A program made the translations under genes and the position numbers. This document shows, piece after piece, positions 47,449 through 58,420 of a DNA stretch of 64,000 nucleotides. Numbering within the stretch: the stretch's first letter is position 1; each line of letters opens with the position of its first letter. The notes below the pieces were generated by a model, which had not been told where the DNA came from, made no database searches, and was given only the letters and a program-made list of their open reading frames with translations. Where the stretch lies: contig CAXXMV010000008.1 in the NCBI GenBank assembly GCA_963662285.2, forward strand, positions 896,001 to 960,000, given 5' to 3'. Source of the DNA: a bacterium. Lineage in GTDB: Bacteria > Hinthialibacterota > Hinthialibacteria > Hinthialibacterales > Hinthialibacteraceae.

Positions 47449-50400
47449 GTGCATTTATTTATTGATTTTCTAAGTAATGAATCCTGCGCTAATCTGGCGT
47501 TGGCTTTGTTGCATAGTTTGTGGCAGGGGGCGTTGGTTGGTTTGGTTTTGTTTGGGCTGTTGAAGATGCTGCCCGCTCGAGTTTCGAGGCTGCGTTATAG
47601 CGCTTCGTTGTTGGCGCAGTTTTCTATTGTGTTTGTGTGTCTGGTTACCTGGTCGTTTTTGAATTACCAACCTTTTGCTGAGTCCACTGCGGCTCAGGTT
47701 GAAACGCCCGATTTAGGGTATTCAATCCATCAGGCTTTATCGGCGCCTAAGGTTTTGATTGAAGTTGGCGATGAGGCATCAGCGACGTCATATACTTATC
47801 TTGAATCGCCTTCCCTGCCCTGGACGGTTTGGATAATTGTGATTTGGATGATTGGCGTTGCAACTATGCTGGTTAGGATGTCGGTGACTATCGCTAAAGT
47901 TAACGCCATTCGTCTGCAATGCCGCCCGGTTACAGATCAAGCCATTCTTGCGTTAGTCGAACAGGTATCCAAATCGTTCCGTTTGCTTCGACCCATAAAA
48001 GTCATGCTATCCGATACCCTCCAGTCGCCAGCGGTGATGGGGATTATGTGGCCGGTGATACTGCTGCCTGTTTCTATGGTTAGTGGATTATCGATGGATG
48101 CCCTACGGGCCATATTGGCTCATGAGATGGCTCATATACGGCGCTGGGATTATCTGGTGAATCTGGCGCAGATGCTGATTGAAGCGCTGCTCTTCTTTAA
48201 TCCATTGGTCTGGTGGATCAACCGTCAAATCCGTCTGGAGCGTGAGGCCTGTTGCGACGCCCTGGCTATCAGCGCTACTGGAGACCGTAAGCAATACCTC
48301 AACGCATTGGCCCTGGTTATAGAGCAGTTCCGCGCACAATCAATCCAGTTGCAGCCAGCGCCATCATTCAGCCATGAAGCAAAACCCGGTGATATGCTGG
48401 ACCGCATCAAACGAATATCCCACCCAGACAGGCGCCCCAACCTCTGGGCGCCCTGGCCCGGCTTCATAGCCTTCCTGCTGATCAGCGCCCTGATGATCGG
48501 CTGTATGCAACGCGGGGCCGACTATTTCGTCGAGTCGGCTTCTGAATGGATGATTACTGAAGAGCAGGTTGAGCAAATTGCTGCGATTGAGAAATCGCAT
48601 GATATGAACAACCCAGCTAATAGTCAGAACAGAACTAAAGTAAAAATCTCAGGAACCATTAGGACATGGGATGGATCACCGTTGCCGGAAAGAGTGAATG
48701 CTTTAATTGAAACCAATGGAGCAGGAGGAACCTATACCAATCTCCATGTAGAGGATGGAGAATTTTCAGTTGATTGCCGTCATGGGAAAATATATCTATT
48801 CACCGATGCCAAGGGGTATGCAACTACTGCGGCAGGGCCATTCATCGTCGAACCGAGTGGAGAACTGAAAGATGTTGAACTGGTTCTCAAACCTGGTATT
48901 GAAGGACGCATCAAGTTCGTCGATCCAGATAAGAATCCTATTCCGGATATGACGTTGGGGTCAATGGGATGGTGGTCAAGTAATGACGGCAGCGCATCAT
49001 CAATCGGCGGCAGCGATAAATATCAAGGAGATGCAAATGGCATCGTAACTATCTTGGTTTCAAGCGATATATCTGAAAAGATTGAAACCAATACCCCTGG
49101 GTATCAACACGATGAGAAAGTAATCAAGTTTAAGCAGGATGAGACGCATGTCTGGGAACTTAAACCAGCGCAAAAAACCACTGGCGTTGTTGTATCGAAA
49201 GATTCAGGAGAGCCAATACCGTTTGCTGAACTTAGATTTTTTTGCTGGGAGAAACTCAAAAGCACTAGTTACTATGGCAACACCCCCGGCTATAACAAAA
49301 ATAAGGCTAACATGCTATCAACTCATTCCGATGAGAATGGTCAATTCACGCTGCCCTTTTTACGGGATGACACGGTATATACTTATATTGTCTATTCGCC
49401 AGATAATGGCAAGGGACATTTAGATAACATAAGAGCGGGTGATAAAAACCTGCTCATTGCTATCGGCGATCCGATTTCTGTAAAAGGGAAAATTATTGGT
49501 TCGCTTGATGAACTGCCTAATAAAAAACAGATTTCTTATGATCAATACTACCAGCTAGGTCAGCGTGAAAATCAAACTAATAACAACTCAATTCTTAAAC
49601 TTAATGATGGCATCGGATATTTTGAAATAAACGACCTATGGCCGGGCAAGTTGACATTTAATATTGCTGATCGTACGTTTGATTATGACATTCAATCATC
49701 GACCGACCAGCTGGTGATCGATCTATCAAAGCCCGTTCCAATACAACCATCAATCCAGAGCGCAACACGGACGGTGATTATGACCTTCAAGGTTCCCCCT
49801 GACGCCGCGCCTGCCAAGGGTTCGCTGGAGATAAATTATTCCGTACCCGATTATACAAAATATACCGCTCAACATCATTATTACAAACACGCTGGCAAAA
49901 AGACGTGCGAGATCGTTGATGGTAAGATACAACTTGATATTCCCGTGCCGGGATATATTAACATCCATAATCCGCGATTAACTGGTTATTGGATTCAAAA
50001 TCATTTTTCAAAATCAGTAGTAGAATTGGATTTTCCCGAAGAGATCACCATTCCCCTGGTTCCATCCGGTTCGATTTACGGTCAGATCAACAATAATCCC
50101 GCAGATGAATTCAAGGCAAGGATTATCGAATTGAAGCATTCTCCATTTTTAGAAGAGATTCAACATAATTTGAATTTCAATGAGCAACATAAAATCAGAG
50201 ATAAATTCGCCTTTCATCCATTGCCCTTCGGCGGAGTGTACGCCATTGCGCTATATAATGAAAACACAGTTATAACCAGCCAGCCGATTGCAGTTACTTC
50301 ATCCAACCCGACAGTTGAATGGAATCCAGTAATACCAAAAGGCATAACAGTCAGCGGCCAGGTATTAAAACCGGATGGCTCGCCATTGGCTAATGCAGAG

Positions 50401-50895
50401 TTGTCATTGCGCTTTACCACCGGATATTCATTGGATAGCCGGAATTTCATGCAGATGCAGGATTTTGAAGCAAACAGTGAAGGAAGATTTCAGATCGATG
50501 GAATTAATCCGGATGTGAGCGGCCATTATACATTAGCCTATGCAGGGAAAAGCGGCTATCAGGTAATGCGCGACACAATTTCTCTCAATGGTGAAAACAT
50601 AACATTACGCCTGAAAGATGGACTCACCGCCAAGGGAGTTGTGTTATTTACTGATACAGGGGCGCCCGCTCAAGGAGTTACAGTATACGGATATACCAAC
50701 CACTGGGAAAAATATGAGAATGCCTACTGTGAACTGCCAACCAACAGCAAGGGCGAATTTATATTCAGCAACCTGGAAGCATTGGAATATACCTTGGGCG
50801 CCAGCGGAGTACAAATCAATGATTACCGCTCCGCTCCTAAGATTACCGGGGGACAGGTGGAATCGGTAACAGTTTGGGTAAAACCTTATGAGTAG
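47449..50895 (+). CDS. BlaR1-like M56 metallopeptidase sensor with large beta-sandwich (carboxypeptidase regulatory-like) ectodomain
   Basis: LLHSLWQG, LAHEMAHIRRWD, FFNPLVWW and EREACCD motifs; no SxxK penicillin-binding domain recognised. Confidence 0.88.
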   Translation: MHLFIDFLSNESCANLALALLHSLWQGALVGLVLFGLLKMLPARVSRLRYSASLLAQFSIVFVCLVTWSFLNYQPFAESTAAQVETPDLGYSIHQALSAPKVLIEVGDEASATSYTYLESPSLPWTVWIIVIWMIGVATMLVRMSVTIAKVNAIRLQCRPVTDQAILALVEQVSKSFRLLRPIKVMLSDTLQSPAVMGIMWPVILLPVSMVSGLSMDALRAILAHEMAHIRRWDYLVNLAQMLIEALLFFNPLVWWINRQIRLEREACCDALAISATGDRKQYLNALALVIEQFRAQSIQLQPAPSFSHEAKPGDMLDRIKRISHPDRRPNLWAPWPGFIAFLLISALMIGCMQRGADYFVESASEWMITEEQVEQIAAIEKSHDMNNPANSQNRTKVKISGTIRTWDGSPLPERVNALIETNGAGGTYTNLHVEDGEFSVDCRHGKIYLFTDAKGYATTAAGPFIVEPSGELKDVELVLKPGIEGRIKFVDPDKNPIPDMTLGSMGWWSSNDGSASSIGGSDKYQGDANGIVTILVSSDISEKIETNTPGYQHDEKVIKFKQDETHVWELKPAQKTTGVVVSKDSGEPIPFAELRFFCWEKLKSTSYYGNTPGYNKNKANMLSTHSDENGQFTLPFLRDDTVYTYIVYSPDNGKGHLDNIRAGDKNLLIAIGDPISVKGKIIGSLDELPNKKQISYDQYYQLGQRENQTNNNSILKLNDGIGYFEINDLWPGKLTFNIADRTFDYDIQSSTDQLVIDLSKPVPIQPSIQSATRTVIMTFKVPPDAAPAKGSLEINYSVPDYTKYTAQHHYYKHAGKKTCEIVDGKIQLDIPVPGYINIHNPRLTGYWIQNHFSKSVVELDFPEEITIPLVPSGSIYGQINNNPADEFKARIIELKHSPFLEEIQHNLNFNEQHKIRDKFAFHPLPFGGVYAIALYNENTVITSQPIAVTSSNPTVEWNPVIPKGITVSGQVLKPDGSPLANAELSLRFTTGYSLDSRNFMQMQDFEANSEGRFQIDGINPDVSGHYTLAYAGKSGYQVMRDTISLNGENITLRLKDGLTAKGVVLFTDTGAPAQGVTVYGYTNHWEKYENAYCELPTNSKGEFIFSNLEALEYTLGASGVQINDYRSAPKITGGQVESVTVWVKPYE

Positions 50896-50983
50896 TCGAA
50901 CTGTTACCCATAAATATTGTGATAAACTGAAAAAACACTCTATCAATAACCAGAGAGCATCAAAAAGGAGAATATCAAAAAGG

Positions 50984-51305
50984 GTAGCATCGGCTTCTAG
51001 CCGGTACGCCAATCCCGTCGGTTATCTTCACACAAAAAAGGATACTCTTCCACGATTTCAACCAATCCCTTCCTAACCGGTTTGCTTCTATTGATGAATA
51101 ACTTTTAATGCTATGAAGTATTGTTGTGATCGAATGATATCCAAAGTTTGGAATTTCCAATAGCGTAAGGAGGATGTACACGTGATCCGGCATCACAACA
51201 TAAATCGGTTATTCATTTTTCATCCCTCTATTTCCATGGAAATGATTATGCGTAATGGGGCTCATTCTATTCTATTTGACACACCGGCTAGAAGCCGATG
51301 CTCCC
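50984..51305 (-). pseudogene. Decayed REP-associated tyrosine transposase (RAYT) flanked by inverted family-E REPs
   Basis: YVVMPDHVYILL...ILHSIKSYSS.EANR, then GLVEIVEEYPFL in another frame; REPs GTAGCATCGGCTTCTAGCCGGT (50984, +) and GGAGCATCGGCTTCTAGCCGGT (51303, -). Confidence 0.75.
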
Positions 51306-51343
51306 CATTTTATGATGCTCCCCATTCTATGATGCGTCCCATT

Positions 51344-52786
51344 CTACCTCTTTTGATTTGTGTACGGAGAGTAGCCCGCGGGGAGAGGGGGCTTGGGAAA
51401 GTCGCGTGTTACTAAGGGGATTTTTTTTGTTAATGGGAAGAGCTGTTGGTAATCAGAGCCATCCCATTTGATGCTCCAGAAGGTTCCTTCTCCATAGCCC
51501 AGTAAATGCTCATCATCTATCGGCATATAAGAAATCTCACTGATAGGCTCAGGTAAAATATACTGTTTGATTTGCCGGTCTTTTTCAAAGTTTAGATTCT
51601 GTGGAAGATCATTTACATCCAATATTGAAAAAGCATGCGAAATGATGCTGCTTTTATGAAAGTTTTCCCTACCTACTCCACGTGATAGTATAAATTGATT
51701 ATCATCAAACGCCATGAAAAGTCTACACTGCTTACCATAGCCTAAGAATTTAACTGATTGATCAACGGTTTGATTATTCAATTCAACAAGGTCAATTTCG
51801 AAGATTGGAAAAGCCGGCATATCCAGATAAAAAAGACATTTATTCTGGTTAGAAAATGTAAGCGGAATAGCAGACGTGTTTTTGGGAAGAGGCTTAATAT
51901 CAGGTAATAATTTTTGATATTTAATTGAAATTGTTTGAGACAATGCAGGCTTTATAATATCCAGACTCTTTGCATTCCATTGATTGAGTAAATATCCACC
52001 GCCGGGAAGTCCGAAAGTGGGAGTTACAACGCTAATTTCATCATTCAGGTACTTTACATCTCCAAATTTACTATCCCTGATGCCATATTGATATAATCCA
52101 CTACTGAATCCAAAGCATTTTGTTAGTAATTTCGAGAAATCACGAGGCCTGTATTTATATTGATCAAAGATAAACATGATGGGAGCGTTTTTAATTTTAT
52201 TAACATTGCCTTGCAGATCAACAGTCCATACTTCTTTTTTGGGATTAATGCCATAATTTAATAATCCATGAGGAATAAACCATAGTTTTTTAAAAATATG
52301 CGGTACAACGCGTTCCTGGCGCGTAAAAACAAATACCGGCTTATCGCCGCTAAGCAAGACGCCTTTATCCTCAAGCATTTTTGAACTTTGCGCGGCATCC
52401 ATAGAACGATATGTATTGATCCACCTGATGGATGCGACGCGTTTTGCTTTCTTAATGTCGATCAAGCAATTTAAGTGACCTTGCGTCTTCAGGTGTTGTT
52501 CATTTCTTATAGGAAGAAAATCGCAAAAAACATAAGGAGTATTAGTGATAGGATAAAAAGAAGTCAGATAATGTGATCCTTCATCAGAACGACTTGAATC
52601 GATCAATAAATCTCCAAAATCATCCAATTGCTCTACAGAGACGCTATCGAACGTTAAGGGAGACAGGGTGCTTAAATACATGCGCATAAGACCCAATACC
52701 ATCAGTATTACAGATAGTATTGTGCATGCTTTAGCAATTTTTCTTCTTCTTGGAGATATTTCCTGCTTCATAGGCGTGGAGACCAT
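51344..52786 (-). CDS. Hypothetical membrane-anchored protein
   Basis: 480-aa ORF with one N-terminal TM helix, AT-rich; no motif recognised. Confidence 0.65.
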   Translation of the reverse strand: MVSTPMKQEISPRRRKIAKACTILSVILMVLGLMRMYLSTLSPLTFDSVSVEQLDDFGDLLIDSSRSDEGSHYLTSFYPITNTPYVFCDFLPIRNEQHLKTQGHLNCLIDIKKAKRVASIRWINTYRSMDAAQSSKMLEDKGVLLSGDKPVFVFTRQERVVPHIFKKLWFIPHGLLNYGINPKKEVWTVDLQGNVNKIKNAPIMFIFDQYKYRPRDFSKLLTKCFGFSSGLYQYGIRDSKFGDVKYLNDEISVVTPTFGLPGGGYLLNQWNAKSLDIIKPALSQTISIKYQKLLPDIKPLPKNTSAIPLTFSNQNKCLFYLDMPAFPIFEIDLVELNNQTVDQSVKFLGYGKQCRLFMAFDDNQFILSRGVGRENFHKSSIISHAFSILDVNDLPQNLNFEKDRQIKQYILPEPISEISYMPIDDEHLLGYGEGTFWSIKWDGSDYQQLFPLTKKIPLVTRDFPKPPLPAGYSPYTNQKR

Positions 52787-52803
52787 GTTGGAGGATTAGT
52801 AGG

Positions 52804-53328
52804 TTACTTGGAATTTTCCTTGCGTAATTTACGCGCTTCATCCAGAGTGGCCTTGAAGCGGTTGGCTACTTTTTGGCGGGTGGTATGTTCAATATGAGCA
52901 ATCTCGTCGGCGAGGGCTTGTATGGCGCCCTGGTATATTTCATTTTCGGCTTTAGGAATATCTACAATTTTGACTTTATAAAAAAGAGTTTTTATCAATT
53001 CGGCCAGAACTTCCGGATCGCGCTGCTTAACCTGCTCTTTGGCATCTTCCAGTTTTAAGGGGTAATGTTCCGGAGACTCGCGCTCGTCTTTAGGTATATG
53101 GATGGGCTGGCTGAGCAACTCAAAGATTTTCTCAGTCCCCTCTTCATCCAAAAGTTCGCGCAATCCTCCCGCATGGGCGTAGGAAAATGGAACCATAACT
53201 TTCACGTCGCCGGATTGTAGAACATAGAAAGTCTGATCTTTACCCTCGACCTGCATTTTCCGTACGGCCTTGATTTTACAGATGCCAAGGCCGGGTTTTA
53301 TTACCGTGTCGCCAACATTAAAACTCAT
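52804..53328 (-). CDS. carD: CarD family transcriptional regulator
   Basis: FNVGDTVIKPGLGICKI, VMVPF..AGGLR motifs. Confidence 0.75.
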   Translation of the reverse strand: MSFNVGDTVIKPGLGICKIKAVRKMQVEGKDQTFYVLQSGDVKVMVPFSYAHAGGLRELLDEEGTEKIFELLSQPIHIPKDERESPEHYPLKLEDAKEQVKQRDPEVLAELIKTLFYKVKIVDIPKAENEIYQGAIQALADEIAHIEHTTRQKVANRFKATLDEARKLRKENSK

Positions 53329-53445
53329 AAGCGTTCGCCTGTACATATATTTAGGATTTGGAAAGAATCGTCCTCAACCATTTTTAAACCAGATACAAAA
53401 ATCATCAAAAGATGAACGCCTAAAACAAGACTTATTAATCGAAAA

Positions 53446-54702
53446 TTAAGCGGTTTCAACCTGATCTTCAAAAACCAGAAGTGGATCAGACATTTCGGTG
53501 ATAACTTCTTTAGTGACAATGCATTTTGATACGCCGGACATGGATGGAATTTCATACATAACATCCATCATCGATTTTTCCAGAATGGCGCGCAATCCAC
53601 GGGCGCCGGTTTTTCTTTCAACGGTTTTTTCGGCGATGGCATCAAGTGCATCCGGAGAAAATTCCAATTCAACGCCTTCCAGTTCAAACAATTTCTGGTA
53701 TTGCTTGCATACAGCGTTTTTGGGTACGGTAAGAATGGTCTTTAGCGCTTCTTTGTTCAATTCGTCGAGAGCGGTCAGACAAGAGAACCGGCCAACAAAT
53801 TCGGGGATCAAACCGAATTTAATAAGGTCTTCCGGCTCGACGCGGTTTAAGACTTTATCTTCATCAATAGCGACAGGGCCTTCTTCATCGGTAGTGAATC
53901 CAATAACCCGTTTACCGATGCGCCGTTCAATAAGTTTATCCAATCCGACAAAAGCGCCGCCGCAGATGAAAAGGATATCGGTGGTATTAACCTGGATAAA
54001 TTCCTGATGAGGATGCTTTCGACCGCCTTGCGGAGGAACATTGCAAACCGTGCCTTCAACAATCTTGAGCAGGGCTTGTTGAACGCCTTCACCGGAGACG
54101 TCACGCGTAATGGAGACGTTCTGGGTGGTGCGGGCGATTTTATCAATTTCGTCGATATAGATGATGCCGCGTTCAGCTTTCTCAACATGATAGCTGGTGG
54201 CCATCAATAGTTTGAGAATAATATTTTCAACATCCTCGCCAACATAGCCCGCTTCGGTCAACGTGGTAGCGTCAACAATAGTGAAGGGCACATTGAGAAT
54301 GCGGGCCATGGTCTGGGCGATATAGGTCTTGCCCGAACCGGTTGGTCCCATCATTAGAATATTGCTTTTTTGCAGTTCGACATCGTTGTTGATTGTTTCG
54401 TGATAGCGCACCCGTTTCAGATGGTTGTGTACTGCCACAGAAACGGTTTTCTTGGTATATTCCTGACCGATGATGTATTGATCCAGGGCTTCTTTAATCT
54501 CTTTTGGTTTAAGGAATTCGCGCAGTTCGACTTCGATCTCTTCTTCCAAAACGCTGTTGCACAAACGAACGCACTCATCGCAGATATACGCTGGCTGCGA
54601 TGTATGTTTTTGCGGGGGACCAGCGATCAATTTCTTGACTTCGTCCTGGTGCTTCCCGCAAAACGAACAATAAAGCGGCTTATTCTTCACTCCATAATCC
54701 AT
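53446..54702 (-). CDS. clpX: ClpX ATPase
   Basis: CSFCGK zinc domain, [23 protein letters not shown] and IGF loop. Confidence 0.97.
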   Translation of the reverse strand: MDYGVKNKPLYCSFCGKHQDEVKKLIAGPPQKHTSQPAYICDECVRLCNSVLEEEIEVELREFLKPKEIKEALDQYIIGQEYTKKTVSVAVHNHLKRVRYHETINNDVELQKSNILMMGPTGSGKTYIAQTMARILNVPFTIVDATTLTEAGYVGEDVENIILKLLMATSYHVEKAERGIIYIDEIDKIARTTQNVSITRDVSGEGVQQALLKIVEGTVCNVPPQGGRKHPHQEFIQVNTTDILFICGGAFVGLDKLIERRIGKRVIGFTTDEEGPVAIDEDKVLNRVEPEDLIKFGLIPEFVGRFSCLTALDELNKEALKTILTVPKNAVCKQYQKLFELEGVELEFSPDALDAIAEKTVERKTGARGLRAILEKSMMDVMYEIPSMSGVSKCIVTKEVITEMSDPLLVFEDQVETA

Positions 54703-54809
54703 AAAAAGCCCCTGTCTACTTCATTTAATCAAGATAATTCCAAAAAACGCAACGATCAATTAAATAATTGATCGTTAATATAAATATAATTGTAAACCTA
54801 AAAAAAATT

Positions 54810-55430
54810 CTAGGAATCTTTTTTTTCTGCTTCGCTTTTATCGTATGCCTGTCTCGGTTCAAAGACGCTGTCGATTAATCCATATTTCATGGCTTCATCC
54901 GGTGACATAAAGAAATCACGGTCAGAATCTTTTTCGATCTGTTCGATGGTTTTCCCGGAATGATAAGAAATGATGCCGTTCAAGCGTTTCTTGAGTTGCA
55001 TTATTTCCCGTGCGCGGATTTCAATATCAGAGGCCTGACCCTGGAAGCCGCCCATAGGTTGATGAATCATGATACGGGCATTGGGTAAAGCATGCCGTTT
55101 CCCGGCGCATCCTGCGGTAAGCAGGACAGCGGCCATACTGGCAGCTAATCCCATGCAGGTTGTGGCGACATCGGGTTTAACGTATAGCATGGTATCGTAA
55201 ATCGCCATTCCGGCGGAAACCGAACCGCCGGGGCTATTGATGTAGAGTTGAATATCTTTATCAGGATCTTCAGCTTGTAAAAAGAGCAGCTGGGCGATAA
55301 TCAAATTCGCCATATGATCCTCAATCGGATCACCAATAAAAATGATTCTATCTTTGAGTAGACGCGAGTAGATATCGTAGGCGCGTTCGCCCCGACTGGT
55401 CTGCTCAACAACCATAGGAATCATAACCAC
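54810..55430 (-). CDS. clpP: ClpP protease
   Basis: [22 protein letters not shown] and MIHQP motifs. Confidence 0.97.
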   Translation of the reverse strand: MVMIPMVVEQTSRGERAYDIYSRLLKDRIIFIGDPIEDHMANLIIAQLLFLQAEDPDKDIQLYINSPGGSVSAGMAIYDTMLYVKPDVATTCMGLAASMAAVLLTAGCAGKRHALPNARIMIHQPMGGFQGQASDIEIRAREIMQLKKRLNGIISYHSGKTIEQIEKDSDRDFFMSPDEAMKYGLIDSVFEPRQAYDKSEAEKKDS

Positions 55431-55433
55431 AGT

Positions 55434-56774
55434 TTATTCCTCCGTTTTATCTTCGCTGCTAGAGTCGTCTTCAGTTTCAGGAGTTGCGCTTTCCATTGAA
55501 AGTTCTGACATATCCTGGAGGTAATCGAGCACTTTTTCTTCCAAGGCTTCACGACGATAGTAAGATTCGATCCCTTGCGATTCAATGCGTTTAGCATATT
55601 GCGCGGCATCATGTCCAGATTGCTTAGCTAACTCAGCGATATAGGCGTTGTAGTCATTGTCGTCGACTTCGATGCCTTCTTTTTCGGCGATCTGGTTGAG
55701 AATCAGCGACACGCGTACTTCGCGATCAGCCGTCTCTTCATTACGGGAGAGAATACTTGCATCTTTAGCGGCTTCAGCGTCAAGCGTAGTGCCGGAACGA
55801 CGCAGTTCCATATCATGCAAAGCGTTGATGTAATTATAACGGGCTTTAACCATACTTTGAGGAACATCGAAAGTATTCCGTTTGAGAAGTTCTTCACGGA
55901 TGCCGTTGCGAAGTTCCTGCTTACGGCGCTCTTCCAAGCTACGGCCCAAGTCTTCGCGGATGCGTTCTTTCAAATCGTCGAGAGAATCGAAATTGCCCAT
56001 ATCTTTGGCAAATTCATCATCAAGATCGGGTAAAGCTTTTTCGCGAATCTGTTTTAATTCGAGATTAAACAAAGCTTCTTTGCCGCGATTCTCTGCGGTG
56101 GGATAATCATCAGGAAGAGTGATCTTAACTTCTTTGGAATCACCAACGCTTAATCCAATAAGCGCATCTTCCAGACCTGGTAGATATCGTTTTGATCCGA
56201 TCTCAATTACGATCTCATCATGGGTAGCTTCGGCAAAAGGTTCACCATCGATAGAAGCAGTGCTTTTAACCATTGCGAAATCTTTTTCAGCCGCTGGCCG
56301 ATCATCAATAGTTTTAAACATGGCCTGGTTTTCGCGCAGATGGGTTAAAGTATCAACTACCTCTTTTTCGGTTACTTCATTGGGAGGCAGTTCAGGCTGA
56401 ATACCTTTATATTCAGCAAGGTCAATCTCAGGCTGATATTCGAATTTGGCTTCGAAGATGATTGGCTCATCTTTGTTATCCTCATCAATATCGGAGAATT
56501 CAGGAGAAGATACCGGCTTGAGGTTTAACTCTTCCATCGCTTTCTTAAAAGCGTTTTCAACAGTTTTACTTCTTGCTTCATCTTCAAGATGTTTACCGAA
56601 TTTCATCTTAACAATATGGCGAGGGGCTTTACCCTTGCGGAAGCCAGGCACCACGGCATGTTCCACAAATTCTTTATAAACCCCGTCGAGTTCCGTGGAA
56701 ATATCCTCGCACGGGACCTCGATCTTCACAGTTTTGGTACATGTACCGGTGTCTTGTTGCTCCAGTATCTTCAA
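55434..56774 (-). CDS. tig: Trigger factor
   Basis: VPGFRKGKAP, FKBP domain, LDDEFAK; tig-clpP-clpX synteny. Confidence 0.95.
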   Translation of the reverse strand: MKILEQQDTGTCTKTVKIEVPCEDISTELDGVYKEFVEHAVVPGFRKGKAPRHIVKMKFGKHLEDEARSKTVENAFKKAMEELNLKPVSSPEFSDIDEDNKDEPIIFEAKFEYQPEIDLAEYKGIQPELPPNEVTEKEVVDTLTHLRENQAMFKTIDDRPAAEKDFAMVKSTASIDGEPFAEATHDEIVIEIGSKRYLPGLEDALIGLSVGDSKEVKITLPDDYPTAENRGKEALFNLELKQIREKALPDLDDEFAKDMGNFDSLDDLKERIREDLGRSLEERRKQELRNGIREELLKRNTFDVPQSMVKARYNYINALHDMELRRSGTTLDAEAAKDASILSRNEETADREVRVSLILNQIAEKEGIEVDDNDYNAYIAELAKQSGHDAAQYAKRIESQGIESYYRREALEEKVLDYLQDMSELSMESATPETEDDSSSEDKTEE

Positions 56775-56896
56775 GGTCGTCGATGCTCCTTATTTAAATC
56801 ATTAAGCGTAGTGATTAAAGATGGTTCGGGCATGTTATAAAGCCAAAACCATAGCGCTTTTCATTACCTTCAAATATATGAAGGATCAAGCTATTA

Positions 56897-56925
56897 AGCC
56901 TAACTTCTTGCAGGTCAACTGTCAA
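56897..56925 (-). promoter_or_regulatory. Sigma-70 promoter of tig-clpPX
   Basis: Minus strand TTGACA-17-TAGGCT. Confidence 0.55.
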
Positions 56926-56975
56926 GAACTAGGCAATAAAGAACAAATGCTTAAAAAGATTAATATTGGAAAATA

Positions 56976-58148
56976 TCAAGAATGATTTGGATTATTTTGA
57001 GCGGCGGATTCATACGATTTAATTAAAGTATCGGCGCCCCTATCCCAGGTAAAATGCTCCAAGGCGCGATGGCGCGCTCTCTCACCATCAGAAATTCGTC
57101 TATCCGGATTTGCGGCGTATTGCAGAATTCCTTGGGCGATAGCGTCAGAATCTCCCGGATCGACCAAGATGCCGCAGTCTTGGATCATCCAGGGAACCTC
57201 GCCCACCCGGCTGGCGACGACCGGCTTGCCGGAAGCAAGATATTCAGCGATTTTAAGTGGACTTTTAGCGCGACTGGCTGCGCTATCTTCAAAACTGGCG
57301 ATACAGATGTCGGCTGCGCCAACCAGTTCAGGAATAACATCGGCGTTGACATATCCCGTCATATAAATGGAATCTCTCACCGTTGATTGTTCAACTATTT
57401 TACGTAAATTATCTTCCTGCTCTCCACCACCGGCAATCAGAAACTGGATATCGTGATGCTGCGCGATGACATGGGGCGCTGCATCAACCAACAAGTTGGC
57501 GTGCGCCGCTCCTTCCAATTGCCCGATATACAAGACAGTAAGTTTATCTGGATCGAGATTCCATTGTTTTAGAATGTCTTTGGATCGATTATCAGGGGTG
57601 AAACGATTTATATCCGCTCCTACCGGAAGATGCCATAGCCGCTCTTCGGGAAAACCGAGTTTGAGCGCCCGGTCGCGGATAGCCTTGCTGGCATAGGTCA
57701 GGGTTGAAGCGAAATTTGGAAGCATCCGTTCGTAAATCGATAACTGCCAACGCGAAAAGATGCGCTTCTCGACGATGCGGCTGATGGCGGTCTCGTCGTC
57801 ATCCCAATCGTAATGCAACGGTTTCCCTGTTAGACGGGAAATCCATAACAAGGGCAGCGCTGTGGCCGCAAAACATTTCTGCAAATGTATAACATCGCAA
57901 TCCACTGCTAATCGCTTCATTAAACGATAGTTATGTATCACATGCTGCTGACGGGGTTTAAGGTCATGACATGCTGGATCATTGTCGCAGAGTTCCCTCA
58001 AAGGAGCGTGAGCCGGAGCATCGCGACGCGGAAGATGAACCAATTGCACTGAATGTCCACGATCTTGCAGGCATCGAGCTAAAGCCAGTATACGGATGGT
58101 CCAGGGATCATACCGGATGTCGTGGGGATGGACCATTAGGATATTCAA
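56976..58148 (-). CDS. Glycosyltransferase family 4
   Basis: SPLKIAEYLASGKPVVASRVG motif. Confidence 0.88.
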   Translation of the reverse strand: MNILMVHPHDIRYDPWTIRILALARCLQDRGHSVQLVHLPRRDAPAHAPLRELCDNDPACHDLKPRQQHVIHNYRLMKRLAVDCDVIHLQKCFAATALPLLWISRLTGKPLHYDWDDDETAISRIVEKRIFSRWQLSIYERMLPNFASTLTYASKAIRDRALKLGFPEERLWHLPVGADINRFTPDNRSKDILKQWNLDPDKLTVLYIGQLEGAAHANLLVDAAPHVIAQHHDIQFLIAGGGEQEDNLRKIVEQSTVRDSIYMTGYVNADVIPELVGAADICIASFEDSAASRAKSPLKIAEYLASGKPVVASRVGEVPWMIQDCGILVDPGDSDAIAQGILQYAANPDRRISDGERARHRALEHFTWDRGADTLIKSYESAAQNNPNHS

Positions 58149-58183
58149 GAAGGTAGCCTTTCAACTTATGCGAGGGTGGTCGC

Positions 58184-58330
58184 TATCAACCCTCTCCTAA
58201 CCTCTCCCAGTCTTGGGAGAGGAATGTTTATCTACAGTATTATGTATAACTAAGTCTAAACAATATAACTAGTTAAATCTCCAAAATCCCTCTCCCCCAA
58301 GTTTGGGAGAGAATTCAAGAGGGGGTTATT
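58184..58330. repeat. Family-C REPIN-like element (copy of 3428-3562)
   Basis: Same two hairpins and a homologous spacer. Confidence 0.8.
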
Positions 58331-58420
58331 TTCTATAACCAAGTTTCTGGTTACACCGCTTCACCAACCCTATTCCAAATGGAACTTAGTTACTCGACAT
58401 TAATTTTTATATCGCTGTTA

